Source: Lytechinus pictus
Taxonomy: Eukaryota
Assembly: GCF_037042905.1 (NCBI RefSeq)
Contig: NC_087250.1
Location: 14,758,001 to 14,822,000, forward strand
DNA length: 64,000 bases
Direction of reading: 5' to 3'
Shown in pieces: positions 61,501-64,000 of the stretch (the stretch's first letter is position 1; every line of letters starts with the position of its first letter). The notes beneath the pieces were generated by a model that worked only from the letters and a program-made list of their open reading frames with translations, was not told the origin of the DNA and did no database searches. The position numbers were made by a program, and so were the translations under genes.

Positions 61501-64000
61501 TCGTCTGCTTTTGCCATATGGTTTTCATACTTGAAGCATCACCCTCACATTACAGTACTAGCACTGTGCGCTGCCTGCGCCTGCGCAAGAGTTCAACCCC
61601 AAAGTTAAAAATTTGCCTGTCCGCTGCAACCGATAGAGGGCGCACCGTCTTGTGAATCCACCGTATTGGATCATGATCCAATGCATCCAATACTAGCCAC
61701 TGTATTGCTTGGCCAGCTGTCATAATCATGTACATGTAGGAGGACATAGAAATAAGCTTGGAGACAATCTGAAAATGTGCTGATAAAGATAATTGTACCA
61801 AAATAAAAACCCACAAATACATACATTAAGGACATTGCATTTGCAATCAATCCCAAATTTTATTAACAGTCAAGGTACATGTAATATCATTTACAAATGT
61901 ATAACATGAATTCAGCGGCGCAACTTACCCAAAATCTTTATTCTTGAAGTGAAAGTCAGCCAGGAGATAGTATAGCTCTTGCACTACAGTGCTGAAAAAC
62001 AATAATAATCGTAAAGGAAAACAAAATAAAGGTTTGATGCTGATCATTTGGTCTGTTTGTAATAACACAGTCATAAAGCCAGGCATGATACACAGAAATA
62101 TACAAATAGAAAAACCGTTGGATCAGACACTCAAAATCTGTGGGAATATGGCTGTGCCACTCCCAGAAAAAATAATCACAGAAACAAAAATCTCACTATA
62201 TATTTATCTAAATCATTTTTTTCCTCAGGATTTCAAGGTCTGCTAATCAGCATAGAAAATAATGCCTTCAAAGTAGGCCCTTGGGAGAAGTCTGTTCATT
62301 ATTTAGTTGTTTGTATGTTAAGCATCACTTTTTCACTAGTGGTAACAAACACAATCACTTATACCAAGGGCCTGTTAGACAAAATAAAACTTGAAACAAA
62401 TAGTAGTCCAAATGGAGCCAGCCCATGTAGACATTTTCCCATGTAGCAGGGCCCTATTTACACTGGCAAGCTTGTATCATAGACTCCTGAAATTGTGTTG
62501 TTTTGTTAAGGAGAGAGTAGGTGTCACATTGAACATTTCAGGGGAGTGTTTCAAGAAGCAACTTGTCAGTGATTTAACCGACTAGTCTGTTATGAGCCAA
62601 TCAAATGAAAGGATTTCAGTAGCTTAAAATAGTTGTATCAAAGGCTCCTTAGATTGAACCACATCCATCAAGCAGACCCTGTTACCTTGACACTTGAAAT
62701 CCTACTAATTTGCTCTGAGCCAATCAGGTGCAACGATATCAGTAGCTTATAACAGGTGTCATTGAAAATCACTGGCTATTTGTTTTATGAAAGACTCCCC
62801 AGATTAAAAACAAGTTCAAAGATGCGAAAGGTTAGCAATTAATCTTAAGCTTGTTTTTCAAGATTGATTGTACATGTACATTGTAGTCAATGCAATCAAT
62901 CATAGAAAAATGTTCTACGATCATCGCTAAGCTTTGTGTTACGGGTCCCCCTGTTACCTTGAGACTTGGAACCCTTCTGGTAGCACCGGGGCCTTCTCGT
63001 TGCTCCCATCCACGTAGCCCTGGACCAGCTCCAGAGCGTTCTCAGGTCTGGTGTCCTGCGGGATGACCTTAGAGATCTTGAGCAGGAGGCCTTCCAGCTC
63101 GGCGGACATGGAACTGGTCTTGTAGCTGTCAAACTCTGGGAAGGTCTTTGGCTTGAAGTAATCGAAGATGTAGCAGCAGTTGGACCAGTCGAGTTGGACC
63201 TGGAATAAGAGCAAATTAAATGACCGAAGTGGGTCTTGTAGAGCTCTGTTGAATTTCAAATAATATCAAACACAATAAGAGTTTGTCATGTAGCTGCACA
63301 ATTCTGGGAAGACATAAGGCTGGAAGAATCAAGAGATGATCAGCGTAAGTAGTTGGACCAGTACAGGTAAAGCTGGAGCAAAATCCAAATACATATTGTC
63401 ACGGTTCCTTAATCAAAGCCTTGGGCTTAACACAGCAATAAATGCTACAGTGAGACTAATCCAATCTAACACGATTACATTTTTCTTGTAGCTGCCAAGT
63501 CTTGTCTAAATTTGTTCAGTAGGGTGTTCATAGAAAAAAAAGAAACACTGTTCTGTAAACGAACAAGCCTTGACTTTAGTCTTACCTCAGTTGTTCCATG
63601 ATCCTGTAGATGTCCTGTCTTTGTCTTCTGGGTAGAATGTACATAAAGACAAGAGAAACACTGTTCTGTGTCTAAACAAGTCTTACCTTAATCGCTCCAT
63701 CATCCTGTAGATGTCTTGTCTTTGTCTTCTTGGTAGGGTGTCCATAAAGACAAAAGAAACACTGTTCTGTAAATGAACAAGCCCTAACTATTCTAATCTT
63801 ACCTCAATCGCTCCATGATCCTGTAGATGTCTTGTCTTAGTCTTCTTGGTAGGATGTCCATAAAGACAAAAGAAACACTGTTCTAAGGTATGTCGAAGGT
63901 CACTCGAGAATGGATGCCTCTCATCCTCAGAGAACTTGCCGAGCTCTCTGCTCAGAACGCGGATGTACAGCTTCAGGAGGGCTCCCTCGCAGTTACAACA
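43505..64000 (-). CDS. CABIN1: Calcineurin-binding protein cabin-1 (HIRA complex subunit), 3' part of about 1984 aa; exons 64000-63803 (partial), 63199-62958, 61991-61929, 61223-61109, 60327-60166, 58551-58348, 57005-56916, 56347-56181, 54859-54684, 54127-53885, 53223-51002, 49540-49380, 48114-47986, 47375-47144, 45341-45264, 44977-43505
   Basis: Phase-consistent GT-AG splicing gives CABIN1 motifs: [58 protein letters not shown]...[15 protein letters not shown]...[79 protein letters not shown]. Stop TAG at 43507-43505. Confidence 0.95.
45020..45250. repeat. (CAT)n/(CAC)n microsatellite in the last CABIN1 intron
   Basis: Directly visible. Confidence 0.92.
45497..46409. mobile_element. TTAA-target MITE (Kolobok-like) with long inverted arms
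   Basis: TTAA|AGGACAAGTCCACCCCA ... TGGGGTGGACTTGACCT|TTAA. Confidence 0.78.
46414..46832. mobile_element. Second MITE abutting the previous one, also flanked by TTAA
   Basis: TTAA|GGCGACCGCACACCTTA ... TAAGGTGTGCGGTGGCC|TTAA. Confidence 0.72.
50740..50971 (-). mobile_element. 5'-truncated SINE of a different subfamily with an L2-like tail
   Basis: On the - strand: CCCAGGTGCTAAATGGGTACCCGGTAGG body motif, ending GTAAAGCGCTTTGAGCCATTCTGGGAAAAGCGCTATATAAA then (ATT)n. Confidence 0.7.
55839..56130 (-). mobile_element. Full-length tRNA-derived SINE
   Basis: On the - strand: TGGAGCATTG, A-box TGGCCCAGTGG, CTGACTTTGAAACAG (TTG anticodon-like), B-box GGTTCGAATCC, body, GGCGCTATATAAATGCC and (ATT)n tail. 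Confidence 0.88.
57020..57372. repeat. Compound pentanucleotide microsatellite (AATGC/AATTC)n
   Basis: Directly visible; source of the QFNA/QCNS repeat ORFs. Confidence 0.95.
58670..59248. mobile_element. Foldback-type TTAA-target MITE nested in an older repeat (host about 58561-59540, with a related inverted copy at about 55427-55821)
   Basis: TTAA|AGGAAACCAAAACCCAAG ... CTTGAGTTTTGGTTTCCT|TTAA; highly similar inverted arms longer than 200 bp. Confidence 0.8.
60421..60700. mobile_element. Harbinger-like MITE
   Basis: TAA|AGGCTTGGTCCCACTG ... CAGTGGGACCAGGCCT|TTA. Confidence 0.6.
63470..63885 (-). repeat. Tandem array: the 3' end of a CABIN1 exon plus three progressively degraded copies
   Basis: The unit AACAGTGTTTC...CATCTACAGGAT...AG|GTAAG recurs at about 63803-63882 (real exon), 63687-63766 and 63586-63665, and in degenerate form at 63477-63553. 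Confidence 0.85.

Overview
AT-rich, intron- and repeat-dense animal genomic DNA. The repeat style suggests a marine invertebrate, probably a sea urchin (inference). By hand splicing I recover four spliced genes: (1) the last coding exon of a Jupiter/HN1-like gene (+, 1446-1534) with a long 3' UTR; (2) MRPS21 (-, 2 coding exons, 86 aa); (3) the peroxisomal protease TYSND1 (+, 9 coding exons, 623 aa, ending in SKL); (4) the 3' 16 exons of CABIN1 (-, running off the right edge). The main hidden structure is an 8122-bp element (15444-23565) with 151-bp TIRs, TAG..CTA ends, a perfect 9-bp TSD and a decayed RecQ-type helicase start. It fits a helicase-type Academ (AcademH) transposon derivative and splits a GC-rich stretch just downstream of a probable shared MRPS21/TYSND1 promoter. 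Other notable items: two inverted satellite-armed CCC..GGG elements (2-bp TSDs) bracketing the first TYSND1 coding exon; an in-frame duplicate of the SKL-encoding terminal exon with its own AG; repeated degenerate copies of exons lying next to the real exons; a 21-bp P-like footprint; and tRNA-derived SINEs with swapped tails. There are no prokaryotic features or CRISPR arrays. Most ORFs in the supplied track are spurious or partial exon read-throughs.
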